The notes beneath the pieces were generated by a model. That model was not told where the DNA came from, made no database searches, and was given only the letters and a program-made list of their open reading frames with translations. From NCBI GenBank assembly GCA_964390105.1, contig CAYMGV010000001.1, positions 132,088 to 196,087 on the forward strand: 64,000 bases of DNA, written 5' to 3'. A program made the translations under genes and the position numbers. Positions 18,370-28,863 of the stretch are shown here, piece after piece. The stretch comes from an uncultured Anaerolineae bacterium. Its GTDB lineage: Bacteria > Chloroflexota > Anaerolineae > Aggregatilineales > UBA3940. Positions within the stretch are counted from its first letter, which is position 1. Every line of letters begins with the position of its first letter.

Positions 18370-18435
18370 AATCCCGTGGGCAAGGCCGGTAACTGTAAAG
18401 GACCCGGCCTCTCCCATATCCAGGAGGATTTGTTA

Positions 18436-19668
18436 ATGGCAAAACACATGACCCGCGCACAATATGAGGCCCGCACGCAGAGATTGGTGATGATTGGCGT
18501 TATTGTTGTGGCGGCCCTTGTGGTGTTGGTCATCGGATACGGTGCGCTGAACGAACTGGTGCTCAAACCAAATCGGACGCTGGTCGAGGTGGGTGAAGAC
18601 AAGATCACACTGGCCTCATTTGAGGACCATGTCCGCTTTGATTACTACCTGCAGACCGGCGGTCTAAGCCCCGAAGAGCTATCGGCATATGCCGGGTTTG
18701 GTTTTGATCCGGCCCAGTATTACCCCGAAACCTTCGCAGAGAATGCACTCACTTCTCTGATCAATGATACGATTGTGCGGCAGAAAGCCGCCGAAATGGG
18801 AATCACGGTGACTGAAGATGAAGTTCGTGAATCCCTTGAGCTTGACTTCGGCTTTGATGCGGGCGAGCCGGAACCCACACCGACCGCATCAAACACCCCG
18901 GTACCAACCGCATCACCAACCTTGACCGCGACTTTTGTCTACACGACTACGCCGTTTCCGACGATGACCCTGGCGCCGGATGTAACCGTCACCCCCACGT
19001 TGGAACCGTCGCCCACCATTCCCACGGAAGACCTTGAACCAACGGAAACCCCCACCCCGCGCCCCACGGCTACCCAGGTGACGGAGGAAGGCTTCCAGGC
19101 GCAGTATGACAACTTGATCACGCAGGTTGCTGACGGCACTGGCTTGAGTGAGGCTCGTGTGCGCGAACTGTGGTATGAGGAAGTACGTGACGGCCTGCTG
19201 CGTGAACGGCTGTACGAAGCCCTGAAGGATGAGTACGAAGTCACGCAAACCAAGGAAAAAATTCACGTAGCGCACATCCTCGTGCTGACGCAAGAAGAAG
19301 CCAATGACCTTGCTGCACAGATTGCGGATGGGCAGGAATTCGAAGTACTTGCTGCGGACTTCTCACTCGATTCGTCCAACGCTTACCGGGGTGGCGACCT
19401 TGGCTGGTCATCCCCGGGACAGTTCGTGCCTGAGTTCGAGGAAGCCGCCTATGCGCTGGAACCCGGTGAAATCAGCGCCCCCGTGTTAACTGATTTTGGC
19501 TGGCACATCATCAAGATGTACGACCGTGAAACGGTTGATACCACTGAAGGTGAGCGCGAAGGTGAGCGCCAGGCGCAGTTCACATCACAGGTAGCGGAGT
19601 GGCGTAACGAACTCGTTCCGGATGTGGGTGATGAATGGCGGCGCTACGTCCCGGCCACCTTACCGTAA
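18436..19668 (+). CDS. Membrane-anchored parvulin-type peptidyl-prolyl isomerase (PrsA/SurA-like)
   Basis: N-terminal TM helix (LVMIGVIVVAALVVLVIG), a Thr/Pro-rich linker, and a PpiC domain (HVAHILV...GGDLGWSSPGQFVPEFEEAAYAL...FGWHIIKMYD). SD AGGAGG lies before ATG 18436. Confidence 0.8.
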   Translation: MAKHMTRAQYEARTQRLVMIGVIVVAALVVLVIGYGALNELVLKPNRTLVEVGEDKITLASFEDHVRFDYYLQTGGLSPEELSAYAGFGFDPAQYYPETFAENALTSLINDTIVRQKAAEMGITVTEDEVRESLELDFGFDAGEPEPTPTASNTPVPTASPTLTATFVYTTTPFPTMTLAPDVTVTPTLEPSPTIPTEDLEPTETPTPRPTATQVTEEGFQAQYDNLITQVADGTGLSEARVRELWYEEVRDGLLRERLYEALKDEYEVTQTKEKIHVAHILVLTQEEANDLAAQIADGQEFEVLAADFSLDSSNAYRGGDLGWSSPGQFVPEFEEAAYALEPGEISAPVLTDFGWHIIKMYDRETVDTTEGEREGERQAQFTSQVAEWRNELVPDVGDEWRRYVPATLP

Positions 19669-19694
19669 GACGTAAACCCAACTGAAGGAACAAA

Positions 19695-19721
19695 CAGGGT
19701 GCTGATCAGCGCCCTGTTTTC
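19695..19721 (+). terminator. Intrinsic terminator after the PPIase gene
   Basis: CAGGGTGC-TGATCA-GCGCCCTG hairpin followed by TTTTC. Confidence 0.65.
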
Positions 19722-19786
19722 AATTATGCAGCCTACCTGACGCTGCGCTAAGATCACTACAGATTACATCACAAGGAAGACAGGGT

Positions 19787-20842
19787 ATGCGTATACTGAT
19801 CTACGGCGCGGGTGCAGTTGGTAGTTTTCTTGGCGGGCAACTAGCCCTTGCTGGCAACGAGGTTGTTTTGCTGGGGCGTAAACGGCTGCGGGAGACAATC
19901 GAACGCAGCGGCGGCCTGACATTGAACCTTGCGGACGGCACCACGCACAAGCTGCCAGTAACCGTCGTCACATCGGCAGAAAAGGCATTTGACAGCGGTC
20001 CGTTTGACTGGATAGCCTTCACGATGAAGGCCTATGATACACCTGAAGCTATTCGTGAGATCATGGCGATCTCATCTGCCCCGCCCGCGCCCATTGTGTG
20101 CTTCCAAAACGGCATTGGCAACGAGGGACTACTGCGCACAATGTTCGGCGAAAACAGGGTTCTTGAGGCCACGCTGACCACCCCCGTCTCGATCCTGGAA
20201 CCCGGTTCAGTCACCGAGGAAAAGGCGCGTGGTATCGCCGTGGCAACTGATAAACCGTTTGCTCAGAGCGTCCGCGCGTCGTTTGATGGCAGCCCGTTTG
20301 ACCAGCTATATTACCCTTCTGGCGCTTCGATCAAGTGGTCAAAGCTGATCTCAAACATCATTGCAAACGCAACATGCGCCATTCTTGATATGACACCCGG
20401 TGAGGTGTATCGCAACAAAGACCTGTACCGTATTGAAATCGCAGCCCTGCGTGAGGCGCTTGACATCATGAATCGCTACGGGATCGAAGTGGTCGATCTG
20501 CCGGGCACCTCGATTAAAACACTGGCGTTTGGTGTTCAGTCGGTACCGGGTTTCATCCTGAAGCCAATCCTGACGGCCAAGGTAGCCGGAGGCCGTGGCG
20601 ATAAACCACCTTCATTACAACTTGCCGTGCGCAATGGCAGCAGCAGGACTGAAGTGGCATGGCTAAACGGTGCCGTGGTCAATGCCGCTGATCAGCTGAA
20701 GCGCTATGCCCCCATTAACCACATCCTTGCCTTGACCCTTTCTGACCTGGTTGCGGGGCGGCTTGATCGAAACAGCTATCGTCAGAACCCAGGCTTGCTA
20801 ATGACCACCGTGCGAGCGGCGGCTGGCCCCAGTGACTGGTAG
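19787..20842 (+). CDS. Ketopantoate reductase (ApbA/PanE) family oxidoreductase
   Basis: MRILIYGAGAVGSFLGGQLALAGNEVVLLGR is a Rossmann GxGxxG motif. Length and C-terminal half are consistent with the PanE family. Confidence 0.65.
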   Translation: MRILIYGAGAVGSFLGGQLALAGNEVVLLGRKRLRETIERSGGLTLNLADGTTHKLPVTVVTSAEKAFDSGPFDWIAFTMKAYDTPEAIREIMAISSAPPAPIVCFQNGIGNEGLLRTMFGENRVLEATLTTPVSILEPGSVTEEKARGIAVATDKPFAQSVRASFDGSPFDQLYYPSGASIKWSKLISNIIANATCAILDMTPGEVYRNKDLYRIEIAALREALDIMNRYGIEVVDLPGTSIKTLAFGVQSVPGFILKPILTAKVAGGRGDKPPSLQLAVRNGSSRTEVAWLNGAVVNAADQLKRYAPINHILALTLSDLVAGRLDRNSYRQNPGLLMTTVRAAAGPSDW

Positions 20843-20917
20843 CTTTGTGGCGCAGATCGGCGTGGGATGATACGATTGCGAACATACTCATCCTTGTGCC
20901 AAACGAGAATCTGATAC

Positions 20918-23353
20918 GTGGCATCTGAAACCAGTCCTTTCGAATCCCAGTACGATTCCAGCACAGTAGCCGGGATCATCCGCAGTGGTGCGAGCCTGTT
21001 AAAGGCACGCCATATTGCCGCGCGTGCCACCTCGCACCGTGTCAGCCTGAGAGAATTCGTCGCTGACTGGTTTATTTACGGTGCGATGATCGTGGGACCC
21101 GCCATTGTCCTCGATACGCTGCAAAACATCCGGACCGCCATCACAGGAAGACCGCGCGAGCATGTCGATGGCTCGTGGCAGTTCTACCTGTACACCGGCC
21201 TGCGTGAGGACCTTGCTCACCATACCAATGAGACCACTGGATACCAGGCTGATCGTCCTGCTGGTGCAACTGATCTGGACGATCTGACGGCGTGGGTTAT
21301 GACCCTGATCCAGTTCGCCTGGAGTTACGACACTTTAATGGGTGTGGTTTGGGATGAGTGGACCCTGCTGCGGCTGGTGAATAAATATGCGGTACAGGCA
21401 GGGCTGGCGGACACCAATTTATTCGACCGGCTGCAACGCCAATGGGAACTGAAACGCCCGTACGATGCCCCATTGAATGGCACCTACGCGGATGTGCGCA
21501 AAGCCGCTTTCGATGCATTTATCACTCCCCGGATCAGCCAGCTACCAGGGCAAGTCCAGCGCCAATTAAAGCATGAGATAGCAACACTACAGATTGAGCG
21601 CAGCCGCTACGTAGAACAAATGTCCTTACTGGCGTGTATTGCGCCGGGCCGCTACCTTGACAAGCGCCAACGCATTGAGATATGGGATGCGCACATCGCG
21701 ATCATCTATGAAGGTCGTTACCATCTGATCCAACTGATAGCCTGCGATGAGAGCGGGCATCCTCTGATGTTCCTGCCGGACGGCTCATGTGAAAAACTCA
21801 AGATCGTGGACGGCAGCCTGTATCATGGCAGGTACGGGCGTCTCGTTACAGATGGCGAGCAGCTTTTAGCCATCGAGTTCGAGAATCGCCCGGTAGGCTA
21901 CCTTGATATGGTGTCGGTGGCACAGGTGCGCGACCAGCTAAGCCAGATTCTTGCGTCGCCACGACAGGAAGACTGGGAGCGAGCCAACCAGGTCGATATT
22001 CTGCTATCGGAAACTCCACGCCGACACCACCAGGGCCTGCGCCGTGAGCTGCCGAGACGTACCCGGAATCAACTTCTGGCGCTGCAAAAAACCCCGGTGA
22101 TCATCAACTGGGATGAACGTGACAGCAGCAACACGTTAGCTGAACTACGCCGGGCACAGCGCGGCATAGGTGACCATGCGCTGACCGTCATCAAGACCGA
22201 TAGCACCATGGTGTTTGACCAGCATCATATCTTCTTTGATGGCACATGGTCACTGGCGATGGCTGAGGTTCTGACCAGCGCAGCGGCGCAATGGTGCAAA
22301 CGCAGCATGGCGATCCCGCCAGTTGAGACGCGCCCTGCCCGCGCGTTCCGGCTCGAGCCTTCCGAGAACTTCCTGGTCAAGGCGCGTGATTTGCAGCAGC
22401 AGCCAGAAGTGTCCGCGGAAACAACCATTTTCGATATCTCGCAGATATTCAAGCTTCGCAAGATGCTGTTTGAGGTGACTGGCACACAGCTTACCGTCAA
22501 CGACCTTTTAATGACGACCCGTATTTTTCACGCAGCGCATTACACGCCATCCCTGCCCGTACAATCAGCACTGGATGAGTTCCGCGCAACCGCCATCACC
22601 AAGGATGAAGAAGAAGCGCTGCAAGCCATTGAGGTTTCACTGGAGCGAGGACGCTTGATTAACCCGGCGCTGCTTATCCCGGTTGATGCATCACCAAGCG
22701 TGCCTTACGAGCGCATTTACCCGATCACATTCCGCAACCTGCTCGATCAAATGGTGTGGATATGGGATGAGACATGGGATGCTTACCAGGCATATCGACG
22801 CATTGAGCCACCAAACACGCCCGAAGGTATCGCAGCCTATGACCGGTTTGTCGAAAAGCGGCACGAGTTGGCATCAACGCTGCGTACCTTCAGCTCAGTT
22901 TTTGAGGCGATGAAGCGTGTCGCACTGCGCGGTGGCAGCGTCAACATTGCCATTTTGAAGCTGATGGTAGGCCTCCCGGTGTGGATGCAGTACTACATCC
23001 GTGGTTTTGCCGAGGTCTTCGCAGTAGTTAATGAAATCGCCCGTGGTGAAGAAGTGTACTCTAATGTAGGGCGTGTGGCGAAAGGCTCGACTCTTTCGCG
23101 CTTCATGAGTGCGCGGGATGACGGCAAGACCAAGACGCTGGTGTGGGGAATTATGACGGATGACCACAACCGCATGATCGTCACCATGCGGGACTTCAGG
23201 CTGCATGTCAAACCGCTGATGGAGGCCGGGCATGAAGAACTTGCCCGCAAATTGGCGCAGGATTATGTTAACAAATACACGGAAGCACTGATTGGGTTGG
23301 TGGCCCGAATGTGGGCCATGTTGAAGGCGACGGATCCGCGCACGATGGAGTAA
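20918..23353 (+). CDS. Large (811 aa) hypothetical protein with no domain recognised
   Basis: Long uninterrupted ORF with a GTG start, followed by a strong terminator. I could not identify any catalytic or structural motif by eye. Confidence 0.6.
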   Translation: MASETSPFESQYDSSTVAGIIRSGASLLKARHIAARATSHRVSLREFVADWFIYGAMIVGPAIVLDTLQNIRTAITGRPREHVDGSWQFYLYTGLREDLAHHTNETTGYQADRPAGATDLDDLTAWVMTLIQFAWSYDTLMGVVWDEWTLLRLVNKYAVQAGLADTNLFDRLQRQWELKRPYDAPLNGTYADVRKAAFDAFITPRISQLPGQVQRQLKHEIATLQIERSRYVEQMSLLACIAPGRYLDKRQRIEIWDAHIAIIYEGRYHLIQLIACDESGHPLMFLPDGSCEKLKIVDGSLYHGRYGRLVTDGEQLLAIEFENRPVGYLDMVSVAQVRDQLSQILASPRQEDWERANQVDILLSETPRRHHQGLRRELPRRTRNQLLALQKTPVIINWDERDSSNTLAELRRAQRGIGDHALTVIKTDSTMVFDQHHIFFDGTWSLAMAEVLTSAAAQWCKRSMAIPPVETRPARAFRLEPSENFLVKARDLQQQPEVSAETTIFDISQIFKLRKMLFEVTGTQLTVNDLLMTTRIFHAAHYTPSLPVQSALDEFRATAITKDEEEALQAIEVSLERGRLINPALLIPVDASPSVPYERIYPITFRNLLDQMVWIWDETWDAYQAYRRIEPPNTPEGIAAYDRFVEKRHELASTLRTFSSVFEAMKRVALRGGSVNIAILKLMVGLPVWMQYYIRGFAEVFAVVNEIARGEEVYSNVGRVAKGSTLSRFMSARDDGKTKTLVWGIMTDDHNRMIVTMRDFRLHVKPLMEAGHEELARKLAQDYVNKYTEALIGLVARMWAMLKATDPRTME

Positions 23354-23389
23354 AAAAACGATGCGAGGGCATCCCCGCATCGTTTTTTA
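23352..23389. terminator. Bidirectional intrinsic terminator between the 811-aa gene and tRNA-Leu
   Basis: AAAAAAA-CGATGCG...CGCATCG-TTTTTT. Confidence 0.75.
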
Positions 23390-23392
23390 CAG

Positions 23393-23474
23393 TGCCCTGG
23401 GTGGGACTCGAACCCACACGCCCAAAGGGCATAGGCCCTCAACCTACCGCGTATGCCAATTCCGCCACCAGGGC
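23393..23474 (-). tRNA. tRNA-Leu (anticodon GAG), class II long variable arm; CCA not encoded
   Basis: Acceptor GCCCTGG/CCAGGGC, anticodon stem GTAGG/CCTAT with loop TTGAGGG, variable arm GCCCTTTGGGCGT, T arm GTGGG-TTCGAGT-CCCAC. Confidence 0.9.
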
Positions 23475-23490
23475 TTGCAAACGAATTGCA

Positions 23491-23518
23491 ATTATAACAC
23501 GCACGCCGGGCCTGTCAA
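23491..23518 (-). promoter_or_regulatory. Sigma70-like promoter for tRNA-Leu
   Basis: Reverse strand reads TTGACA, 16 nt, TATAAT. The -10 ends 16 nt before the tRNA 5' end. Confidence 0.65.
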
Positions 23519-23588
23519 TGCAATTTTGCAGTCACAACGGTACACTAGAGTTAATCGTCAGGCGTGAGTGTGGAGCAACTATAACGAC

Positions 23589-24269
23589 ATGGGGCAGCTT
23601 CGAGAAATCCCTCTTTTCCCCCTTAATACAGTGCTGTTTCCTGGCATGGTACTACCGCTGCATATTTTCGAGCCGCGCTACCGGCTGATGATCGGGCGCT
23701 GCATCAAGGAGAACAGCCCATTTGGCGTCGTGCTGATCAAGGAAGGTATTGAGGTCGGCGGCAGTGCTGTCCCTTACGATGTGGGCACCACCGCCTACGT
23801 GACCCATGCTCAGCGCCTGCCTGATGGCCGTATGACAATCCACACGGTTGGGCATCAGCGCTTTCGGCTGCATGAAGTCCGTCATGATCTGCCTTACCTC
23901 ACCGGGATGATCGAGGAAATCCCAATAAATGACGGGGAAACGCCGGAGATCGCAGAGCTGGCATCAAGGCTATCTGAGAACCTCTCGAACTTTCTGCGGG
24001 TTTATTCGGCCAGCGTTGAGCAGCCACTTGAGATAGAGCGCATCCCCGATGATGCGCTTGGCATGGCATTCTTTGCCGCGATTGTTCTCCCCCTGCCCAG
24101 CGAAGAGAAGCAGAAACTGCTCTCAATTGAGGACCTGCTCCCACTGTTGAAAGCCGAGAAGGCTATCCTGCGACGCGAATGGATGCTTCTTCAGCACATG
24201 ATCGAACATCAGGCTAACGAGCCTGCCGCCCCTGCCACTGACGATCCGCCTCTGTTTTCAGCGAATTAA
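23589..24269 (+). CDS. Lon N-terminal (LON substrate-binding/PUA-like) domain protein
   Basis: LREIPLFPLNTVLFPGMVLPLHIFEPRYRLMIGRCIKENSPFGVVLIKEG. The alternative start is GTG 23568. Confidence 0.75.
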   Translation: MGQLREIPLFPLNTVLFPGMVLPLHIFEPRYRLMIGRCIKENSPFGVVLIKEGIEVGGSAVPYDVGTTAYVTHAQRLPDGRMTIHTVGHQRFRLHEVRHDLPYLTGMIEEIPINDGETPEIAELASRLSENLSNFLRVYSASVEQPLEIERIPDDALGMAFFAAIVLPLPSEEKQKLLSIEDLLPLLKAEKAILRREWMLLQHMIEHQANEPAAPATDDPPLFSAN

Positions 24270-24304
24270 CCAGAGACCGTCAACGATCAAAGGACAAGCC
24301 ACTG

Positions 24305-25297
24305 ATGAAAATAGCTGTTGATGCGATGGGCACCGATAACCGCCCTGCCCCCGATGTTGCCGGTGCCGTGATGGCCGCGAGAGACTACGGTGTTTCGATT
24401 GCACTGGTTGGTGATGAGACGTTGGTCTCCGCGGAATTAGCCAGGCACAACACCGCTGGACTTGATATCGATTTGGTACACGCCAGCGAAGATATCAAGA
24501 TGACGGACAAACCCGCAGAAAGTGCCAAGGAAAAATCCGGCTCCTCGATTCACGTCGGTTTAAACCTGGTCAAGAGCGGCTCAGCCGATGCATTTGTTTC
24601 GATGGGGAACACCGGCGCAGTGCTGGCGGTGGCACTGCTGCATTCCATCGGACGTATTCGCGGCATCAAACGCCCTGCGTTGACGGCCATTGTACCCACG
24701 TTAAAGGAGCCGATGATTCTGGCCGACATCGGTGCAAACACGGACTGCAAACCCGAGTACCTGGTACAGTTTGCACAGATGGCTGATATTTACGCCCGGC
24801 GAGCGCTCGGATATGATAACCCACGGGTGACTCTACTGAGCAACGGTGAAGAAAAAGGTAAAGGCAACCAACTTGTAAAAGAGACCACGCTGCTACTCAA
24901 AGAAGTGGCGGGCCTGAACTTCGTTGGGAATGCCGAACCAAAGGTGCTGCTGCGTGGTGAAATTGCTGACATTGTGATTCATGATGGGTTTGCCGGCAAT
25001 GTGATGATCAAGGCTTATGAAGGCGCGCTCCGTGCGATGAAGGACATGCTCAAAGAGGAGATCGCCAGTGGGCCGGTGACGGCACTTGGCGGTTTGCTAG
25101 CCAGGCCTGCGTTTAACCGCGTCGGGGAACGGCTCAGTGAGGAGACCATCGGCGGCGCGCCGCTGCTGGGTGTGGCTGGCGTGGTGATCATCGGGCACGG
25201 TAGTTCGAGCGCGTTGGCGATCCGGAATGCCATTCTCCGGGCAAAAGAGGCCATTGACGGCAAGGTTGTTGAGGCAATTAAAGACGGTGTTTCATAA
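24305..25297 (+). CDS. plsX: Phosphate acyltransferase PlsX
   Basis: MKIAVDAMGTDNRPAP...DAFVSMGNTGA...GFAGNVMIKAYEG...APLLGVAGVVIIGHGSS. Confidence 0.9.
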   Translation: MKIAVDAMGTDNRPAPDVAGAVMAARDYGVSIALVGDETLVSAELARHNTAGLDIDLVHASEDIKMTDKPAESAKEKSGSSIHVGLNLVKSGSADAFVSMGNTGAVLAVALLHSIGRIRGIKRPALTAIVPTLKEPMILADIGANTDCKPEYLVQFAQMADIYARRALGYDNPRVTLLSNGEEKGKGNQLVKETTLLLKEVAGLNFVGNAEPKVLLRGEIADIVIHDGFAGNVMIKAYEGALRAMKDMLKEEIASGPVTALGGLLARPAFNRVGERLSEETIGGAPLLGVAGVVIIGHGSSSALAIRNAILRAKEAIDGKVVEAIKDGVS

Positions 25298-25311
25298 CCT
25301 GTGCCTAAAAA

Positions 25312-25353
25312 TAAAAAGGCATGGGGCAGAGCCATTCTGCCTCACGCCTTTTC
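25312..25353. terminator. Bidirectional terminator between convergent plsX and rel
   Basis: 13-bp stem AGGCATGGGGCAG/CTGCCTCACGCCT with 2 mismatches, flanked by an A-run and a T-run. Confidence 0.6.
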
Positions 25354-25365
25354 TGTCTGCAACTA

Positions 25366-25404
25366 TCAACAATTGAGCCTTGTTTTCAACAATCTTTCAA
25401 CAAT
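25366..25404. repeat. Three direct copies of TCAACAAT in the rel/plsX intergenic region
   Basis: Copies start at 25366, 25386 and 25397. Confidence 0.5.
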
Positions 25405-25419
25405 TTATTAATACCGGCT

Positions 25420-27627
25420 TCAATTTGCCCGCCTGCGGGCATCCATAACATTAGGAACCCGTTCAATTTTGGTGAGAATACTGCTTAGTTGGGCCGCGCT
25501 TTCGATCTCAACCATGATCTGGAAGGTCGCGATATTCTTTTCAGTATTGACGCTAAGGTCGGTGATGTTAATGCGTTCCTCGGCAATCGCCGCGCCGATG
25601 TCGCGCATCAGACCCTCACGGTCATAGGCACTGATCATGACGGGAACCTGGTAGCGTTCTTCCTTCTGCCCGCCCCATTCAACACTGATCAATCGTTCGT
25701 GGGCAAATCCCAGCACGTTTGAACAGTCTTTGCGATGTACGGTGACACCGCGCCCGCGTGTAATATAGCCGATAATCTCATCGCCGGGCACCGGGTTGCA
25801 GCAGCGCGCCAGGTTGGTTAACAGCCCCCCTGCTCCCTGAATGGTCACCCCGCTGGTCGTCTTTGATGTAGCCGGTGCGATGGGAGATGTCTGCTGCTGA
25901 AAGGCATCGAAAATGCCGTTGCTGACCTGCTCTTTACGCTCGATCTCAACCAGTTTGGTAGCAATATGCTGTGGATGAATGTCACCAAAGCCGAGCTGCT
26001 CGAGCAAATCATCGGTTTTGTCAAAGCCAAGCAGTGCCGCGACATGATCGTGTGATGTCTTTTCCTCGCCCATGCGCTTCAATTCGCGGTCGAGAATGTC
26101 CTTACCAAGCTGGATCATCTTGTCACGATCCTGCTTGCGGAACCACTGCCTGATCTTGGAGGCGGAACGCTTGGTGCGGACATAACCCAGGTGTGGGTTG
26201 AGCCAGTCACGGCTGGGTCCGCCGCGCCGGGCCGTGAGGATTTCGACGCGATCACTTACCTGCAGCTTGTAATCCAGCGGAACCAACTTGCCATTGACCT
26301 TGGCACCACGGCAGCGGTGGCCGACGTCGGTGTGGATCATGTAGGCGAAGTCGATGGGCGTGGCCCCCATCGGCAGGTCAATGATGTCGCCGCGCGGCGT
26401 GAAGACATAGACACGATCTTCCTGTATTTCGCTGGCAACCGCCTCGACGTATTCCTCGGCGTCATCTTGCTGACCCACATCGAGCAGTTCGCGCAGGCGC
26501 TTGATCCGGCGCTCGAAGGCATCATCGGTCCCACTGCGGCCTTCTTTGTAGCGCCAGTGTGCCGCAATGCCGTACTCGGCATGCTCGTTCATCTCGTCCG
26601 TGCGGATTTGTATCTCAAGTGTTTTGCTGTCTTCAAGGAAGACGGCAGTATGCAGTGACTGGTAGAAATTATCCTTGGGCGCTGCAATGTAATCGTCAAA
26701 TTCACCGGCAATTGGCCGCCACGTCTCATGAATGACACCCAGGGCCTGGTAACACTCCGCCTTGGAATCAACAATGATACGGGCAGCGCGCACATCAAAA
26801 ATCTGGTCGAAGGGCAGCCCTTTGCGGTCCATCTTTTTATAGATGCTGTACATGTGCTTGGAACGTCCGCTAACCTCGCCTTTGATCCCCGCCTGTGCGA
26901 GGGTTTTACTAAGCCGTTCAACGATGCGCTGCACATAGTAATCGCGGTCCGTGCGACGTTCGGCGATCATGCTGGCTATTTGCTTGTAGCGGTCCGGGTC
27001 GATATAGCGGAATGAGAGGTCTTCCAGTTCCCATTTGATCTGCCAGATACCGAGACGGCTGGCAAGTGGCGCGAAGATATCCATCGTCTCACGCGCATTG
27101 CGCAGCTGCCGTTCGCGAGAGAGATGACCAAGCGTGCGCATATTGTGAAGGCGGTCAGATAGCTTAATCAGGATGACGCGCACGTCATCATTCATCGCAA
27201 GAAGTGTCTTGCGCAGGAACTCTGCCTCGCGGCCACGCTTGCCGCTCTCCCCCGTCTTTAGTGGAACGGCATCCAGCTTGGTGACGCCGTTGACCAGCAT
27301 CGCCACTTCCTCACCGAAGCGCGCTTCCAATTCTTCGATGGTGACGGACGTGTCCTCAACTGTATCATGTAATAACCCGGCAGCGATTGTTGCCGGGTCC
27401 ATACGAAGTTCGGTTAAGATGCGGGCGACTTCAACGCAGTGAAGGAAGTAGTCCTCGCCCGATTTTCGCTTCTGACCATCATGCACCATCCGCGCAAGGT
27501 CATAGGCCTGACCGAGAAAGGCGTGCTCCTGCATCGTGAGGTTGTCGTTGATAGGAGCGACCAGTTCCTCGAACGTAGCAATGGGCACCTGGGTTTTTAC
27601 GGCTTCCGTTGATTTTGGCTCGGCCAT
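25420..27627 (-). CDS. rel: Bifunctional (p)ppGpp synthetase/hydrolase (RelA/SpoT homologue)
   Basis: HD domain (HCVEVARIL...LLHDTVEDT), synthetase domain (RSKHMYSIYKKM...DVRAARIIV...YQSLHT), a TGS domain, and a C-terminal ACT-like domain. Start taken at MAEPKST (27627); the track start is 27684. Confidence 0.9.
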   Translation of the reverse strand: MAEPKSTEAVKTQVPIATFEELVAPINDNLTMQEHAFLGQAYDLARMVHDGQKRKSGEDYFLHCVEVARILTELRMDPATIAAGLLHDTVEDTSVTIEELEARFGEEVAMLVNGVTKLDAVPLKTGESGKRGREAEFLRKTLLAMNDDVRVILIKLSDRLHNMRTLGHLSRERQLRNARETMDIFAPLASRLGIWQIKWELEDLSFRYIDPDRYKQIASMIAERRTDRDYYVQRIVERLSKTLAQAGIKGEVSGRSKHMYSIYKKMDRKGLPFDQIFDVRAARIIVDSKAECYQALGVIHETWRPIAGEFDDYIAAPKDNFYQSLHTAVFLEDSKTLEIQIRTDEMNEHAEYGIAAHWRYKEGRSGTDDAFERRIKRLRELLDVGQQDDAEEYVEAVASEIQEDRVYVFTPRGDIIDLPMGATPIDFAYMIHTDVGHRCRGAKVNGKLVPLDYKLQVSDRVEILTARRGGPSRDWLNPHLGYVRTKRSASKIRQWFRKQDRDKMIQLGKDILDRELKRMGEEKTSHDHVAALLGFDKTDDLLEQLGFGDIHPQHIATKLVEIERKEQVSNGIFDAFQQQTSPIAPATSKTTSGVTIQGAGGLLTNLARCCNPVPGDEIIGYITRGRGVTVHRKDCSNVLGFAHERLISVEWGGQKEERYQVPVMISAYDREGLMRDIGAAIAEERINITDLSVNTEKNIATFQIMVEIESAAQLSSILTKIERVPNVMDARRRAN

Positions 27628-27711
27628 TTGTGCTACCAACACTTTCCTTTTTATCAGTATAGATAAGTTGGTATTGATAAGCAACAGGAATTATGCCAAC
27701 AAAAAGGAAGG

Positions 27712-28863
27712 CTACGGTTCTTGCACAAGTTGCAACTCCACCCAGTTTGTCATCCCGGCCTGTACCGTCAGATCAACCTCCCAGCTCAGGGTGCTGAAGC
27801 TGGCCTGAGCCAGATACCGCCCTTCGGGGACATCAGGAATCACGAAGTTCTCCTGCCAGTGATCATCCGGGTTGACACTGCTCCCGGCATAGGTCGTTGT
27901 GCGGTGAGTGATATAGCCTGTTTGCTGGCTGATGAGGATGATCTCGGCATCCAGTATTTCGATACCGGATGGCATTTCCAGCCGCCCCGCGACTACCCCC
28001 GTCCCAAGGTATGGTGCAATCCACAAGTCCGGGTTACGAACGGCAGAATAGCGATTCTCGCCCAGCCGTACCTCGACATGCACATGCGGGCCACTCACCT
28101 GCCCTGTGTTACCGATGAGGCCGATCACGTCACCTGAGGAGACGCGCTGCTGCTCCTCAACAAGGATCGAGGCCATGTGCGCGTACAGTGTATATACGGG
28201 CTGGCCTTTGTAGCCGAGGTCATGCTGTATAACGACCGTATTTCCATAGGATGTAATGCCCTCGTACTGGTTAAAGTGCCCTTTTTCAGCCCAGATTACC
28301 AGCCCATCAGCGGCAGCCTGAATCTCAACGCCGATCGGGTTGGAGAGATCAATGCCATGATGGATTCGAAGGTTATTCCCCGCGCCATCGGAGCCATAGG
28401 GATAGTATGGCAGGCCGGAGTTGCGGTAGTTCGCTGCCACCGGGCGAATGAACCAGTAATGATCGTTGGCCTGCCGGGCCAGCGGCACTTCAAACGACGG
28501 TGGGTTCCAGTCTATGGAGGGCGATTCCTCATCAGTGGGCTGCGTGGGTGATGCGATAATGGGCGCTTGCAGGTCATTGGCCGAAATGCCCTGTGACGGC
28601 CCCGAAACAACCGGTGCGGAAGTGGTTGGAGTCGGCCTTTCCGCTGCTTCGCCGGCCTCCGTTGGCAGATAAATAGCCGCCGCTTCAACATCGGTGGTGG
28701 GCAACTGCCCCGCATCAAACGCCTGCCCCCCGGCTAACTCCATCACCGGCACCGGAGCCTCATTGTCAGCAGAGAGATTCCGCGTGCCGCCGGAGATTTG
28801 CAGCAGGGCGACCATGATCCCCAGCGTGGCGAGAAGCCCCAGGATCGGACCCAGCCGTTTCAT
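27712..28863 (-). CDS. M23 (LytM-type) peptidoglycan endopeptidase, secreted
   Basis: Signal or TM N-terminus. HHGIDL (HxxxD) and GPHVHVEV (HxH) are M23 zinc ligands. A C-terminal beta-rich domain follows. Confidence 0.8.
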   Translation of the reverse strand: MKRLGPILGLLATLGIMVALLQISGGTRNLSADNEAPVPVMELAGGQAFDAGQLPTTDVEAAAIYLPTEAGEAAERPTPTTSAPVVSGPSQGISANDLQAPIIASPTQPTDEESPSIDWNPPSFEVPLARQANDHYWFIRPVAANYRNSGLPYYPYGSDGAGNNLRIHHGIDLSNPIGVEIQAAADGLVIWAEKGHFNQYEGITSYGNTVVIQHDLGYKGQPVYTLYAHMASILVEEQQRVSSGDVIGLIGNTGQVSGPHVHVEVRLGENRYSAVRNPDLWIAPYLGTGVVAGRLEMPSGIEILDAEIILISQQTGYITHRTTTYAGSSVNPDDHWQENFVIPDVPEGRYLAQASFSTLSWEVDLTVQAGMTNWVELQLVQEP

